Assembly: GCA_023480735.1 (NCBI GenBank)
Contig: JAMCXB010000028.1
Span: forward strand, 280 to 64,279
DNA length: 64,000 nt
Direction: 5' to 3'
Source: Bacteroidota bacterium
GTDB lineage: Bacteria; Bacteroidota; Ignavibacteria; Kryptoniales; JAKASW01
Positions 10,055 through 20,510 of the stretch are shown here, piece by piece (the stretch's first letter is position 1; the number at the start of each line of letters is the position of its first letter). The notes below the pieces were generated by a model that was not told the origin of the DNA, did not search any database, and saw only the letters and a program-made list of their open reading frames with translations. The translations under genes and the position numbers were made by a program.

Positions 10055-12544
10055 CTACTCCTCTTCTTCAAACAGGTCTGGCTGGTTATCGTTGGAACCG
10101 TTCCCGTTGGACTCTCCGTCTTCTTCCGCGAGAACACGTGCGACAGCAGCGATCATGTCGCTGCCTTGCAGGCGTATTAGCCGCACTCCCTGCGTGTTCC
10201 TGCCGGCAAGACGAATGTCCTTGACGTGCTGTCGAATCAGGAAGCCTTTCGTGGTGACGATCATGATGTCGTCGTTGTCGATGACTTCCTTGATAGAAAG
10301 GAGCTTTCCGTTTTTGTCGCCGGTCTTGACGGTAATCAGTCCCTTGCCTCCGCGACGACGCAGAGAATACTCACCGACTTCGCTTCTCTTTCCGAAGCCT
10401 TTATCGGTCACGATGAGAATGCTCGCGCCGGGCCTGCTGACGGTGATCATGCCGATTACCTCGTCGCCTTTCGACAGATTCATTCCCTTCACGCCGCGTG
10501 CGCCCCGTCCCATCGGGCGAACGTCCTTCTCGCTGAACCTCAGCGCGAGGCCGTTCTTGCTCCCGATAATTATGTCCTGCTTTCCGTTTGTCAGCCAGGC
10601 GTCGATCAGTCGATCTCCCTTGTCGAGCCCAATGGCAATGATTCCGACTTTCCTCGGGTTCGCGAATTCGCTCAGGGCAACTTTCTTGACGTGACCGCGC
10701 TTCGTTACCATCGTCACATAGAAGTCTTCGCTGAAATCCTTCACGGGCAGGAATGCTGTTATGTCTTCGTCGGGCATCTTCCCTATCAGGTTCACGATAG
10801 ATCTTCCACGGGAGACTCTTCCGCCTTCAGGGACCTCATGTACTTTCAGCCAGTAGGCACGTCCCTTGTCGGAGAAGAACAGGATATATTGGTGCGTCGA
10901 CGCGATGAACATGTGTTCTACAAAATCGTCCTCGCGGGTCGATTGCGCCGTGATCCCCTTTCCGCCGCGGATCTGGCGCCTGTAACCGCTTACCGGATAA
11001 CGCTTTATGAAGCCGTTGTGCGTGATCGTTATGACCACATCCTCTTCGGCGATCATGTCCTCTATGCTGAACTCGGATGCCTTCTCCACGATCTCCGTCC
11101 GGCGCTCGTCGCCATAGTTTTTCTTCAGCTCAAGGAGTTCTTCGCGGATAATGTCCATCCTCATGGTCTTGCTGGCGAGTATCGCGCGCAGCTTCTCTAT
11201 GAGTTTTATTGTCTCCCGGTACTCATCCTCAATCTTCTTTCTTTCCAGGCCGGTGAGTCTCTGCAGTGTCAGGGCAAGAATAGCCCTCGCCTGTATCTCG
11301 CTCAACTTGAACCGCTTCATCAATGCAAGCCTTGCCGATTCAGGATCCCTCGATTTCTTGATGATCTGTACCACCTCGTCGATGTTGTCGAGCGCAATTT
11401 TGTAGCCCTCGAGTATATGAGCCCGCTTCTCTGCCGCATCGAGATCGAACTTCGTCCTCCTGACAACTACTTCGTGACGGTGCTCGATGAAGTGCTCCAT
11501 CACCTCTTTGAGGTTGAGAACTTTCGGAACCCCCTCCACGAGGGCAAGCATAATCACGCCGAAAGTCGTCTGCATCTGGGTGTGCTTGTACAAGTTGTTC
11601 AGCACAACCTGCGGCTCCGAGTCTCTCTTCAACTCGATGACGACACGGATACCGTCGCGGTCCGACTCGTCCCTAATGTCGGATATGTCTTCTATCTTCT
11701 TCTCTCTCACCAGGTCTGCGATCTTCTCGATCAGATTTGCCTTATTAACCTGGTAAGGTACTTCGGTAACTATTATGTTTACCCTTCCGTTCTTAAGCGT
11801 CTCGATGTTCACCTTCGCGCGGAGAATAATCCGTCCGCGGCCGGTCAGATAAGCCTCCTTCACGCCTTCGTAGCCGAAAATGATTCCGCCTGTAGGGAAA
11901 TCCGGAGCCTTTATAATCCTTATCAGCTTCTCAATCGGCATGTCAGGATTCTTTATCAGGTTCGCTATCGCATCTACCGTATCGCTGAGATTGTGGGGAG
12001 GTATGTTCGTCGCCATACCGACCGCGATTCCGCTGGAGCCGTTCACTAGCAGGTTGGGAACGAGAGCCGGGAGAACGAGTGGTTCCTTAAGGGATTCGTC
12101 GAAGTTCGAAGTAAAGTCCACCGTGTTCTTCTCCAGATCGCGGAGCATTTCCCCCGCGATTCTGGAAAGTCTCGCCTCCGTATAACGCATAGCGGCAGCC
12201 GAATCTCCGTCAATCGAGCCGAAATTTCCCTGGCCGTCCACAAGGGGGTAGCGCAACGACCAGTCCTGGGCCATCCTGACAAGCGTATCATAAACCGCCG
12301 AGTCGCCATGAGGGTGATATTTTCCAAGCACTTCTCCGACGATCCTTGCGCTCTTTTTGTAAGGCTTGTTGTAATCGAGCCCGAGGTCCATCATTCCAAA
12401 AAGAACCCGCCTATGTACAGGCTTGAGGCCGTCGCGAACATCAGGGAGTGCGCGCGCCACGATGACGGACATCGCGTAATCTATATACGAGCCTTTTATC
12501 TCGTCTTCTATGTCGACCGGTACTAATTTTTCATTCAATGACAT
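10055..12544 (-). CDS. gyrA: DNA gyrase subunit A
   Basis: 829 aa. Contains KPVHRRVL, the catalytic-Tyr region [13 protein letters not shown], and C-terminal beta-pinwheel repeats. Confidence 0.98.
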   Translation of the reverse strand: MSLNEKLVPVDIEDEIKGSYIDYAMSVIVARALPDVRDGLKPVHRRVLFGMMDLGLDYNKPYKKSARIVGEVLGKYHPHGDSAVYDTLVRMAQDWSLRYPLVDGQGNFGSIDGDSAAAMRYTEARLSRIAGEMLRDLEKNTVDFTSNFDESLKEPLVLPALVPNLLVNGSSGIAVGMATNIPPHNLSDTVDAIANLIKNPDMPIEKLIRIIKAPDFPTGGIIFGYEGVKEAYLTGRGRIILRAKVNIETLKNGRVNIIVTEVPYQVNKANLIEKIADLVREKKIEDISDIRDESDRDGIRVVIELKRDSEPQVVLNNLYKHTQMQTTFGVIMLALVEGVPKVLNLKEVMEHFIEHRHEVVVRRTKFDLDAAEKRAHILEGYKIALDNIDEVVQIIKKSRDPESARLALMKRFKLSEIQARAILALTLQRLTGLERKKIEDEYRETIKLIEKLRAILASKTMRMDIIREELLELKKNYGDERRTEIVEKASEFSIEDMIAEEDVVITITHNGFIKRYPVSGYRRQIRGGKGITAQSTREDDFVEHMFIASTHQYILFFSDKGRAYWLKVHEVPEGGRVSRGRSIVNLIGKMPDEDITAFLPVKDFSEDFYVTMVTKRGHVKKVALSEFANPRKVGIIAIGLDKGDRLIDAWLTNGKQDIIIGSKNGLALRFSEKDVRPMGRGARGVKGMNLSKGDEVIGMITVSRPGASILIVTDKGFGKRSEVGEYSLRRRGGKGLITVKTGDKNGKLLSIKEVIDNDDIMIVTTKGFLIRQHVKDIRLAGRNTQGVRLIRLQGSDMIAAVARVLAEEDGESNGNGSNDNQPDLFEEEE

Positions 12545-12596
12545 GATGACCTATTCCAATTTTCCATTGTTTCATTATTTCGACAGGTTGTCTCCA

Positions 12597-14651
12597 TTAC
12601 ACATCCAGGTTCCTGACGTACTTTGCGTTCTTCTCGATGAAGTTCTTTCTAGGCTCGACATCTTCTCCCATGAGGATCGAAAATGTCCTGTCCGCATCAG
12701 CGGCACTCTCGATGCTGACCTGGAGAAGCGTACGCTTGGTAGGATCCATGGTCGTCTCCCAGAGCTGCTCTGGATTCATCTCACCGAGCCCCTTAAATCT
12801 TGAGACTAGAACTTCCGCATCGGTGCCTTTCTTGTATTCCTTAATCAAATCGTCCCGTTCCTCTTCGCTGTATGCGTACTGTTCCGTCTTTCCTCTTTTT
12901 ACTTTGTACAGTGGAGGTTGAGCGATGTACACTTTTCCCAGCTCGACAAGCTCCTTCATGTATCTGAAGAAAAAAGTCAGTAGCAGCGTTCTAATATGGC
13001 TTCCGTCCACGTCGGCATCCGCCATGAGTATAATTTTTCCATACCGCGCCTTTTCCGCGCTGAATTCGTCGCCGTCGCCGATCCCCGCTCCGATTGCCTG
13101 TACAATGGAGCGGATTTCGTCGTTCTCGAGAATTTTATTCATCCTCGCCTTCTCGACGTTCAGGATTTTCCCTTTCAGTGGAAGTATCGCCTGGAATTGC
13201 CTGTCTCTTCCCTGCTTCGCCGAACCACCCGCAGAGTCTCCCTCTACGATGAAGATCTCGCAGTGCTCCGGATCATTGATAGAACAGTCGGCCAGCTTGC
13301 CGGGAAGGTTCGATGACTCGAGCGCGTTCTTCCTTCTGACAATCTCCCTTGCCTTACGCGCTGCTTCACGCGCCTCCGCTGAGTTAACAGCTCGCTCGAT
13401 AATCCTTTTCGCTATGCCGGGGTTCTCTTCGAGGTACTGTCCCAACCTGTCGTTCACTATCGTCTGCACTATGCTTTCGACTTCACTGTTTCCCAGCTTC
13501 GTTTTCGTCTGGCCTTCGAACTGCGGCTCCGGAACTTTCGTGCTTATGACGACTGTCAGTCCCTCTCGGAAGTCATCTCCAGTAAGGTTAATCTTGTCTG
13601 ACTTCACCAGGTTGTTCTTGTCTGCATAAGACTTCAGGGTTCTTGTAAGGGCGCTTCTGAAGCCGCTGACGTGAGTACCACCTTCGACTGTGTTGATGTC
13701 GTTGACGTACGAGAAGAGGTTCTCCCGGTAGTCGTCGCAATACTCGAACGCGACTTCAACCGCTACACCGTCCCGGTCGCCGGTGACAAAGATAGGATCC
13801 TTCGCGAGCGTCTTTCTGGTGCCGTCGATGTAGCGGACGAATTCGACAATCCCACCCTTGTAGTGAAATACTTCCTCGTTCCCGTCGCGCTTGTCCTTGA
13901 GCTTTATTATAATTTCAGGATTCAGAAATGCAAGCTCCCGCATTCTCTCCGCAAGCGTCTCAAATTTGTACGTCCTGTTCTTGAATATTTCCTTGTCGGG
14001 CATGAAGGTGATTGTTGTTCCGGTCTTCGTGTCCTTTCCGGTAACTTTCACGGGCTCCGCCGGCTCCCCGCGTTTGTACTTCTGGTAGAATATTTTTCCC
14101 TCGCGGTAAACGTTCACTTCCAGAACCTCGGACAGTGCGTTCACAACAGACACGCCGACCCCGTGCAACCCGCCTGAGACTTTGTATGTTGACTTGTCGA
14201 ACTTTCCGCCCGCATGAAGCATCGTCATGACTACTTCGAGCGCGGATTTCTTCTCCTCCGGATGCATATCGGTCGGGATGCCGCGGCCGTCGTCTTCCAC
14301 CGTTACACTCCCGTCCTTGTTTATCGTGACAAGAATGTTCTTACAGTAGCCCGCCAGTGCTTCGTCGATGGAATTGTCCACGACCTCATAAACAAGGTGA
14401 TGCAGCCCGCGCTGGCCAACGTCCCCGATATACATTGCCGGACGTTTTCGCACAGCCTCAAGTCCTTTAAGAATAGTTATACTCTCGGCTGTGTATCCTT
14501 TACCGTTGTCCGTTTTTGGTTTCGATTTTTGTTCTACGACTTCGGCCGAGAATTTCTTAGTATCTTTCTCGTCGGCTCCGTTCTTCTTAGCCTTACCGTT
14601 CTTCTGCAATTTCCGCGGCCCTGACTTAGTCGCCACGTCCTTCTTTGCCAT
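12597..14651 (-). CDS. gyrB: DNA gyrase subunit B (with a ~55-aa Lys-rich N-terminal extension)
   Basis: LEAVRKRPAMYIG, GGLHGVG, EGDSAGGSAKQGRD, PLKGKILNVE. The N-terminus is MAKKDVATKSGPRKLQKNGKAKKNG... Confidence 0.98.
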   Translation of the reverse strand: MAKKDVATKSGPRKLQKNGKAKKNGADEKDTKKFSAEVVEQKSKPKTDNGKGYTAESITILKGLEAVRKRPAMYIGDVGQRGLHHLVYEVVDNSIDEALAGYCKNILVTINKDGSVTVEDDGRGIPTDMHPEEKKSALEVVMTMLHAGGKFDKSTYKVSGGLHGVGVSVVNALSEVLEVNVYREGKIFYQKYKRGEPAEPVKVTGKDTKTGTTITFMPDKEIFKNRTYKFETLAERMRELAFLNPEIIIKLKDKRDGNEEVFHYKGGIVEFVRYIDGTRKTLAKDPIFVTGDRDGVAVEVAFEYCDDYRENLFSYVNDINTVEGGTHVSGFRSALTRTLKSYADKNNLVKSDKINLTGDDFREGLTVVISTKVPEPQFEGQTKTKLGNSEVESIVQTIVNDRLGQYLEENPGIAKRIIERAVNSAEAREAARKAREIVRRKNALESSNLPGKLADCSINDPEHCEIFIVEGDSAGGSAKQGRDRQFQAILPLKGKILNVEKARMNKILENDEIRSIVQAIGAGIGDGDEFSAEKARYGKIILMADADVDGSHIRTLLLTFFFRYMKELVELGKVYIAQPPLYKVKRGKTEQYAYSEEERDDLIKEYKKGTDAEVLVSRFKGLGEMNPEQLWETTMDPTKRTLLQVSIESAADADRTFSILMGEDVEPRKNFIEKNAKYVRNLDV

Positions 14652-14663
14652 TAACTACCTCTC

Positions 14664-14981
14664 TTAGATGAAAAATATATCTTCTACTCCCGAATCGGGA
14701 TATTTCTCCCTTATCTTCTGCATGATTGCGGGCTTCATAAAAACAAGCTCGTTGCGCCAGGTGCTGTTTGCCGTCCTGACGTAAAGAGTCCCGTTTTCAA
14801 GCCTTGATATCTCCGTCTTTTTTGCGATCGCTTCGCCTACGATGCTTTCCCAGTCTCCGACCACCTGGTATGCCCGGAGTTTTCCGGAAACACCTTTTTG
14901 CTGTGTAAACTCCTTTATCAATTCACCGAGCCTCTTGGCCCCTTGCGAGCCAGCGGCGCCGTCTCCACTAAACCCTGGCAT
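14664..14981 (-). CDS. DUF721 (DciA-like) protein
   Basis: 105 aa, overlaps the recF stop by 14 nt, and sits at the typical position downstream of recF. ...VGDWESIVGEAIAKKTEISRLENGTLYVRTANSTWRNEL matches the DUF721 pattern. Confidence 0.8.
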   Translation of the reverse strand: MPGFSGDGAAGSQGAKRLGELIKEFTQQKGVSGKLRAYQVVGDWESIVGEAIAKKTEISRLENGTLYVRTANSTWRNELVFMKPAIMQKIREKYPDSGVEDIFFI

Positions 14982-16092
14982 TTTCGTAGACCACGCTTCC
15001 CTCTTTTACAAAATGGAATTTCGTGTTGCTCATGTCCAGAAACTTATCATCGAAGCTAAGCATGTCTGTCGACGTGATGAACGTCTGGCCAAGGCCCGAG
15101 ATCACACCGATCGTTCTTGTTGCCCGTTTATAGTCAAGCTCTGTCATCACGTCGTCCAGAAGCATTACCGGTGTTTCACCAAGCATCTTCCTGATATAGT
15201 GGAACTCGGCTATTTTTAGTGCAACCAGGAACGTCTTGTGCTGTCCCTGTGACGCAAACTCTTTCAGAGACCTGTCGTTCAAGATGAAACCTATGTCGTC
15301 ACGGTGCGGGCCGACCAGTGTCGCTCCTCTCGCGCGCTCCACCTTAAAGACTTTTTCGAGCTCTCTATGAAATGTCTCCCCGATCGCATCGCTCGCCTTG
15401 AATGACGGTTCATAGTACAACCCGGGCACTTCCCCGGATTCAACGAGCGTAGCATAGGCCGACTTGAATGTTTCCTGAAAATCCAGGACAAACTCGTCCC
15501 GCTTTGTTATAATCTTCGCGCCGTGAGCGACAAGCGCGTCGGTCCATGCATCGAGCATTTCTTTATCAAGAATGTTGCTGATCTTTCCGTCGAGTAATAT
15601 CTTGTTTCTCTGTTTTAGAGCGCGCCTGTATTCAACCAGTTCTTCCAGGTATGACCTAGAAATCTGTGACAGTACCATGTCGGCGAACTTCCTCCGCTCG
15701 GCCGGCGAACCTGTTGTAAGAGTGAAGTCTCCGGGCGAGAGCATCACTATCGGAAACATTCCAATAACCTCCGAACTCCTCCTTATTTCATTCCTGTTGA
15801 GGAAGTACTTCTTCCCTGTGCCGCTTCCGTAGACAACCCGTGCGTGGTTCATAACGCTTCTGTCGCCTTCCATCGCTGCGTCTATCGCGAACAAATCCGA
15901 ACCGAATTTCGGCACCGTCAGGTCGGCCTGCTGCAGGAAACTCTTGGTCAGACAAACGTACGATAATGCCTCCAGTATGCTCGTCTTCCCCTGCGCGTTG
16001 CCGCCGATTATCAGATTTACTCCCGGCGTGAATTCGAGCGAGGATTCGGAATGATTCCTGAAATTTTCCAACCGGATCTTCTTAAAGTGCAT
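14968..16092 (-). CDS. recF: DNA replication/repair protein RecF
   Basis: Walker A GGNAQGKTSILEA and the C-terminal LLDDVMTELD signature. Confidence 0.95.
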   Translation of the reverse strand: MHFKKIRLENFRNHSESSLEFTPGVNLIIGGNAQGKTSILEALSYVCLTKSFLQQADLTVPKFGSDLFAIDAAMEGDRSVMNHARVVYGSGTGKKYFLNRNEIRRSSEVIGMFPIVMLSPGDFTLTTGSPAERRKFADMVLSQISRSYLEELVEYRRALKQRNKILLDGKISNILDKEMLDAWTDALVAHGAKIITKRDEFVLDFQETFKSAYATLVESGEVPGLYYEPSFKASDAIGETFHRELEKVFKVERARGATLVGPHRDDIGFILNDRSLKEFASQGQHKTFLVALKIAEFHYIRKMLGETPVMLLDDVMTELDYKRATRTIGVISGLGQTFITSTDMLSFDDKFLDMSNTKFHFVKEGSVVYENARV

Positions 16093-16095
16093 TCT

Positions 16096-17226
16096 TTAGT
16101 TCAACCTAAGGGGCATCACCAGTATCAGAATTTCCTGTCCGTTTTGTTTGGCGTCTTCCGCGACCGGCTTTATCGTCACTGCCCGCGTGGGCGATGATAA
16201 TGCAAACCTCACCTTCCCGGCATCCATACTGCTCATCGCATCTGTTATGTATGTCGAGTTGAAGCCTATACTCATCGCCTCGCCGCCGTTCCACTGTACC
16301 AAGAGTTTTTCCTCTCCCATCTGTCCTCTGTCCGCGTCTTCGGCTGAAATAATCAATTGGTCTTTGTCTATCGTGAATTTCACAAGATGATTTACAGAGT
16401 CAGATAGTATCGATACGCGACGGACTTTTTCGAGAAGTTCCTCTCTTCCTACTGTCATCAACTTGTTGTTGTCGATATCGCCGGGAATAACGGCTTCGTA
16501 ATCAGGATGAGGTTCTTTAATCAGCCTGGTTATCAGTTCGGTGTCATTGTTCTTCAGTCTTATGTGATCCTCTGCTATCGTCAGATCGATATTCGAAACC
16601 TTGAAACTCTTGGACGCAAGGGACAAAGCCTTTTCTTGAATATTCGCTTCGCTCTTCAGGGGCTTCTCCACCAACGCTTTGTCGGCTATACGAACCAGCC
16701 TGTGTCCGTCTGTAGAATATATTCTTGCGCCCTTCCCGGAAAATTGAAAGAGCACACCGTTCATCGAGCGTCTGTGCTCATCTTTTGAAACCGCAAATAA
16801 TGTTCTCTCTATGACCGTGTGAAGCGACTCTGCGCTGATTGTTGAGCTTTCTGCATTCTCTCCAAGCGTCGGAAGTGTCGGATATTCATCGGCCGGAGTA
16901 CATGCAAACTTGTAGGATCCCGATTTTGTCTTCAATGTCAGCTTAAGACTCTCATCTACCGTAATCTCAATTTCTGCATCGTCCAAATTCCTGACAATTT
17001 CAAAAAACTCTTTCGCATTTACCGTGACTCTTCCCTCTTGCTCGTCACTGATATCAACCTGTGTCGACATGGAGATTTCAAGATCCGTGGCGGAAATAGT
17101 CAGCTTCTTCTTGCCCACTTCAAGCAGCAGATTCTCGATCGCCGGAATTGTTGTCCTGACAGGAACAACGCCGATGATCCGGCTAATCACGTCTCTGAGT
17201 TCCCTGCTGTTCACTTTAAATTTCAT
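16096..17226 (-). CDS. dnaN: DNA polymerase III beta subunit (sliding clamp)
   Basis: 376 aa, MKFKVNSRELRDVISRIIGVVP..., three-domain length, located between dnaA and recF. Confidence 0.97.
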   Translation of the reverse strand: MKFKVNSRELRDVISRIIGVVPVRTTIPAIENLLLEVGKKKLTISATDLEISMSTQVDISDEQEGRVTVNAKEFFEIVRNLDDAEIEITVDESLKLTLKTKSGSYKFACTPADEYPTLPTLGENAESSTISAESLHTVIERTLFAVSKDEHRRSMNGVLFQFSGKGARIYSTDGHRLVRIADKALVEKPLKSEANIQEKALSLASKSFKVSNIDLTIAEDHIRLKNNDTELITRLIKEPHPDYEAVIPGDIDNNKLMTVGREELLEKVRRVSILSDSVNHLVKFTIDKDQLIISAEDADRGQMGEEKLLVQWNGGEAMSIGFNSTYITDAMSSMDAGKVRFALSSPTRAVTIKPVAEDAKQNGQEILILVMPLRLN

Positions 17227-17621
17227 TTTCCGCCTCCATTGTTTGCAGAATACTTCAAGTTAGAGTCCTGTTAATTTTAATTAAATTTAGCCTTTTTCAG
17301 CCTGATATTCAATTTAGTATTGCTTGGGATACGCTGTGGAAAACTCTCTATTAATATTAATATCTATATTATATGATATAAAGAAGAGTAATAATAAGGG
17401 CTGTGGATATGTTAGCAACTTGCTTGACTCCTTTTAACTTTTTGTAATTGTGACACATAGAAAACTGGAGTCCCGGAAAATTACTCACAACAGCCGACTG
17501 AAAACTTGTTAGTAAACGACGACTTCTCAACAAGCCCCCAAAACAGAGGTGGACTTTGTTGAACACTTCTGTGTATTCCACCTAAACTCCACGTCTTTCA
17601 ACACCGCTACAAACAAGTTGT
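17227..17621. promoter_or_regulatory. oriC part 2 (dnaN-dnaA spacer): AT-rich unwinding candidate plus DnaA boxes
   Basis: TGTGGAAAA at 17335-17343 and TGTGGATAT at 17402-17410 flank a nearly pure AT stretch at about 17347-17397 (ttaatattaatatctatattatatgatataaag...). Confidence 0.6.
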
Positions 17622-19022
17622 TCACATTCCTATCATTTCAATTTTTTTCTTGGTCGATTCATATTTTTCCCTGAATCTGTTATCGTTCGACAGTAGTTCT
17701 GCTATCACCTGGCATGCATATATCACCGTCGAGTGATCCCTACCTCCGAAGTGGCTGCCTATTGTTTTTAACGGCAGCTGGGTCAGATCCTTGGTGAGAT
17801 ACATAGCCGTCTGCCTAGCGATCACAATCTCCTGCTTCCTTGTTTTCCCGCGAAGCTGCTCCTGTGTCACGTCAAAAACATCGGCAATCACTTTCTGTAT
17901 ATCTTCTACAGTCACCGCTGTTTTCCTGCTGACAGCCAGGCTGCGCACGACCTCTTTTGCCAGATCTACCGATACTTCCCTGTTGTTGAGGCTGGCTTTT
18001 GCCAAGATACTGATAAGGCTTCCCTCGAGTTCACGAATGTTTGATGTTACGTTGGCCGCTACATATTCGATAACATCATCGGGCATCGCGATGCCGTCAT
18101 CTTCGCTCTTTTTTCGGAGGATTGCTATTCGTGTCTCCAGGTCCGGCGGCTGAACGTCAACGGTCAGGCCCCACGTGAACCTGCTGACCAACCTGTCATC
18201 AACGCCCTTCAATTCTTTCGGAGGCCGGTCTGACGATAAAATGATTTGCTTACCTGATTGATGCAATGCGTTGAACGTGTGGAAAAAATTATCTTGTGTC
18301 TTCTCCTTTCCTCCGAAAAACTGTATGTCATCCACAATTAGGATATCCATGCTCCGGTAGAAATTCGAGAACTCACTCGCTCTGTCCTTTTGAATTGCCT
18401 CGACAAAATCGACGGTGAATCGCTCACTTGACACGTACAGTACCCGCTCGGACCTCCCCATCTGGCGCGCATAATTTCCTATCGCCTGAATGAGGTGCGT
18501 CTTTCCAAGACCCACACCACCATAGATGACGAGCGGATTGAATGAAGTACCGGCAGGATTGTTTGCCACGGCGTAGGCAGCAGCACGGGCGAACTGGTTG
18601 CTGTCGCCCTTAATGAAATTTTCGAAAGTGTACCTTGGGTTCAGGTTGCCTTCAAAGGAGGGCTTGCTAACGGGTCTTTGAGACGCGACGCTCTCCGCTT
18701 GAGAACCAATCCTGCCCGGTCGTGGCGGCCGGTAAAACATTTGTTCGGATTCTATAACATCGTCCTCCGAGATCACGTAGTCCACACGGACGTTCTCGCC
18801 CACCACTTTCCTTATCGACTCTGCCACAATCGATGAGTAGTGTTCCTCCAGCCAGTCATGAAAAAACTGGCTCGGTACCCGGAGTACCAGATTATCGTTT
18901 TCCAGACTCACCGGTACAACAGGTTCAAACCAAGTCTTGTAGGTTAGATTGTTTACCCGCTCGTGAATGACTTTCATGCATTGCTGCCAAGCCCCACTGG
19001 CATCTGTAACTGCTTCCATCAT
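17622..19022 (-). CDS. dnaA: chromosomal replication initiator DnaA
   Basis: Walker A GGVGLGKTHL, DDIQF, and C-terminal DNA-binding region HSTV... Confidence 0.98.
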   Translation of the reverse strand: MMEAVTDASGAWQQCMKVIHERVNNLTYKTWFEPVVPVSLENDNLVLRVPSQFFHDWLEEHYSSIVAESIRKVVGENVRVDYVISEDDVIESEQMFYRPPRPGRIGSQAESVASQRPVSKPSFEGNLNPRYTFENFIKGDSNQFARAAAYAVANNPAGTSFNPLVIYGGVGLGKTHLIQAIGNYARQMGRSERVLYVSSERFTVDFVEAIQKDRASEFSNFYRSMDILIVDDIQFFGGKEKTQDNFFHTFNALHQSGKQIILSSDRPPKELKGVDDRLVSRFTWGLTVDVQPPDLETRIAILRKKSEDDGIAMPDDVIEYVAANVTSNIRELEGSLISILAKASLNNREVSVDLAKEVVRSLAVSRKTAVTVEDIQKVIADVFDVTQEQLRGKTRKQEIVIARQTAMYLTKDLTQLPLKTIGSHFGGRDHSTVIYACQVIAELLSNDNRFREKYESTKKKIEMIGM

Positions 19023-19732
19023 TGGCTTCCCGTCCTACTGTTGAAACATTCTCCACATTATTAACATGGTTATCAACAAGCTCGCTTCTTGTGTAACCAA
19101 CGCAATATCAAATGGTTAATGGGATAATTAGCACAAAGTTAACATTAGTGTTGAAAACTTAGGGGAAACGATAAACTAGTCACAATTTGAAAAGAAGCGA
19201 AAATTTTGCTGTTTTCCACAAGTTATCCACACCAAACTCTCCCAACACCTTGCTTCGAATAATAATACAGCGGTTGTGGAAAAACAAGATGGCTCGCTCT
19301 TGTTTTGTTGGTGTAACTCGTTATTATACAGGGTGTTATGTGGAAACCCGCGCGGTGTGTGGAAAACTTTCACGGACACCAATTAGCTCCCGTTCTTTGA
19401 AGAATCAAGTGCGATTTACATGGAAATTGTGGAAAAGTACGGGGGATTTGTGGAAAACCGCCCGGATGCTGTTGACTATGGCAGGAGAAGGATGTTGATA
19501 GAAAAGGCGACGCAATTAACAAATGTGAGAGTACCCCCCCACTTATGGTTTCTCGCCAAGCCGCGAGCTCGCAAAGCGAACCGCTCGTCAACATTTCTTT
19601 TCGTTCTTGGCGCCTTTGCGAGAGAAATAACCCTTTCAGTGAGGCATTACATGTGAGATAAGGAAAACCTTGAATTTTGTCGGGCTTGGAGCTAACTTAC
19701 CGGGCAAAATTTAAATCTAGCAGGAGTATCAG
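19023..19732. promoter_or_regulatory. oriC part 1 (dnaA-rpmH spacer): DnaA-box array
   Basis: Perfect TTATCCACA at 19223-19231. TTTTCCACA at 19212-19220 and TTCTCCACA at 19049-19057. In the opposite orientation, TGTGGAAAA/C at 19275-19283, 19339-19347, 19358-19366, 19428-19436 and 19449-19457. Confidence 0.8.
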
Positions 19733-19879
19733 ATGAAGAGGACGTTTCAACCTCATAATGTAAGCAGAAAAAGGACGCATGGCTTTCGTTCAAAGATGCA
19801 GACGAAGAACGGAAGGAAGGTTTTAGCCCGCAGGCGGGCCAAGGGTCGCTGGCGTCTCACAGTAAGCGACGAGAAGTAG
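19733..19879 (+). CDS. rpmH: 50S ribosomal protein L34
   Basis: My own translation (below the ORF-track cutoff): [48 protein letters not shown]. An AGGAG SD lies upstream. Confidence 0.95.
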   Translation: MKRTFQPHNVSRKRTHGFRSKMQTKNGRKVLARRRAKGRWRLTVSDEK

Positions 19880-19893
19880 AGATTGAACGGCGC

Positions 19894-20298
19894 TTGTCCC
19901 ACAGTGAGGAAACCGGACATCACACGCTTCCGAAAACCTGCATCATCAAATCCTCAAGAGAAATCAGCAGCATCTTCAAGTCGGGAAAGCGCATCAACGG
20001 AAACAACATTTCGGTTGTCTATTTGCTGCGCCCCGACACAGAGACGGCCAGAATTGCATTTACGGTATCCAGGAGAGTAAAGCGCGCAGTCGATCGCAAC
20101 CGCCTGAAGCGACTGATGAGAGAAGCCTTTCGACTCAACAATGAGAGGTTGAACGATACCGTCCGAGAGAAGAGGACCGGTGTTGACATCATACTCAGCT
20201 ACGGTCACGACCTTGCCAAAAAATCCTTGTCATTGAAAGACGTTGAAAAAGATTTCAAGCATTTTGTATCTAGAATCAGTAACGACATTGCCGGCTGA
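19894..20298 (+). CDS. rnpA: ribonuclease P protein component
   Basis: Follows rpmH. ...[33 protein letters not shown]... and [12 protein letters not shown] are typical RnpA patterns. The TTG start is uncertain. Confidence 0.9.
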   Translation: MSHSEETGHHTLPKTCIIKSSREISSIFKSGKRINGNNISVVYLLRPDTETARIAFTVSRRVKRAVDRNRLKRLMREAFRLNNERLNDTVREKRTGVDIILSYGHDLAKKSLSLKDVEKDFKHFVSRISNDIAG

Positions 20299-20500
20299 CG
20301 CCGCAGTGTTGCTGATCGGGTTATATAAGAAGTTCGTCTCGCCGCTCTTTCCGCCCTCGTGTAGGTTCTACCCAAGCTGTTCCACCTATTCGATCGAGGC
20401 ATTTCGCAAGCATGGTTTCTTCAAGGGACTTTTTATGAGCGTCTGGAGAATTCTCCGCTGCAATCCATTCAACAAAGGCGGATTCGATCCGGTGAAATAA
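20288..20500 (+). CDS. yidD: membrane protein insertion efficiency factor YidD
   Basis: [36 protein letters not shown]. The ORF is open from 20243. I chose the TTG at 20288, which overlaps the rnpA stop; the start is uncertain. Confidence 0.85.
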   Translation: MPADAAVLLIGLYKKFVSPLFPPSCRFYPSCSTYSIEAFRKHGFFKGLFMSVWRILRCNPFNKGGFDPVK

Positions 20501-20510
20501 AGGGAGATAA

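Noticed and set aside
10226-12049. A 607-aa plus-strand ORF, and several 80-230-aa ORFs at 12637-14624, antisense to gyrA and gyrB.
   Set aside because: They lie entirely within strongly supported minus-strand genes. Their composition is low-complexity or Arg/Leu/Ser-rich, which is typical of shadow ORFs, and they have no SD and no recognisable motifs.
19187-19656. Several 68-103-aa ORFs on both strands between dnaA and rpmH.
   Set aside because: The region is a DnaA-box array (oriC). These ORFs are built from the repeated GTGGAAAA boxes and have no SD or homology.
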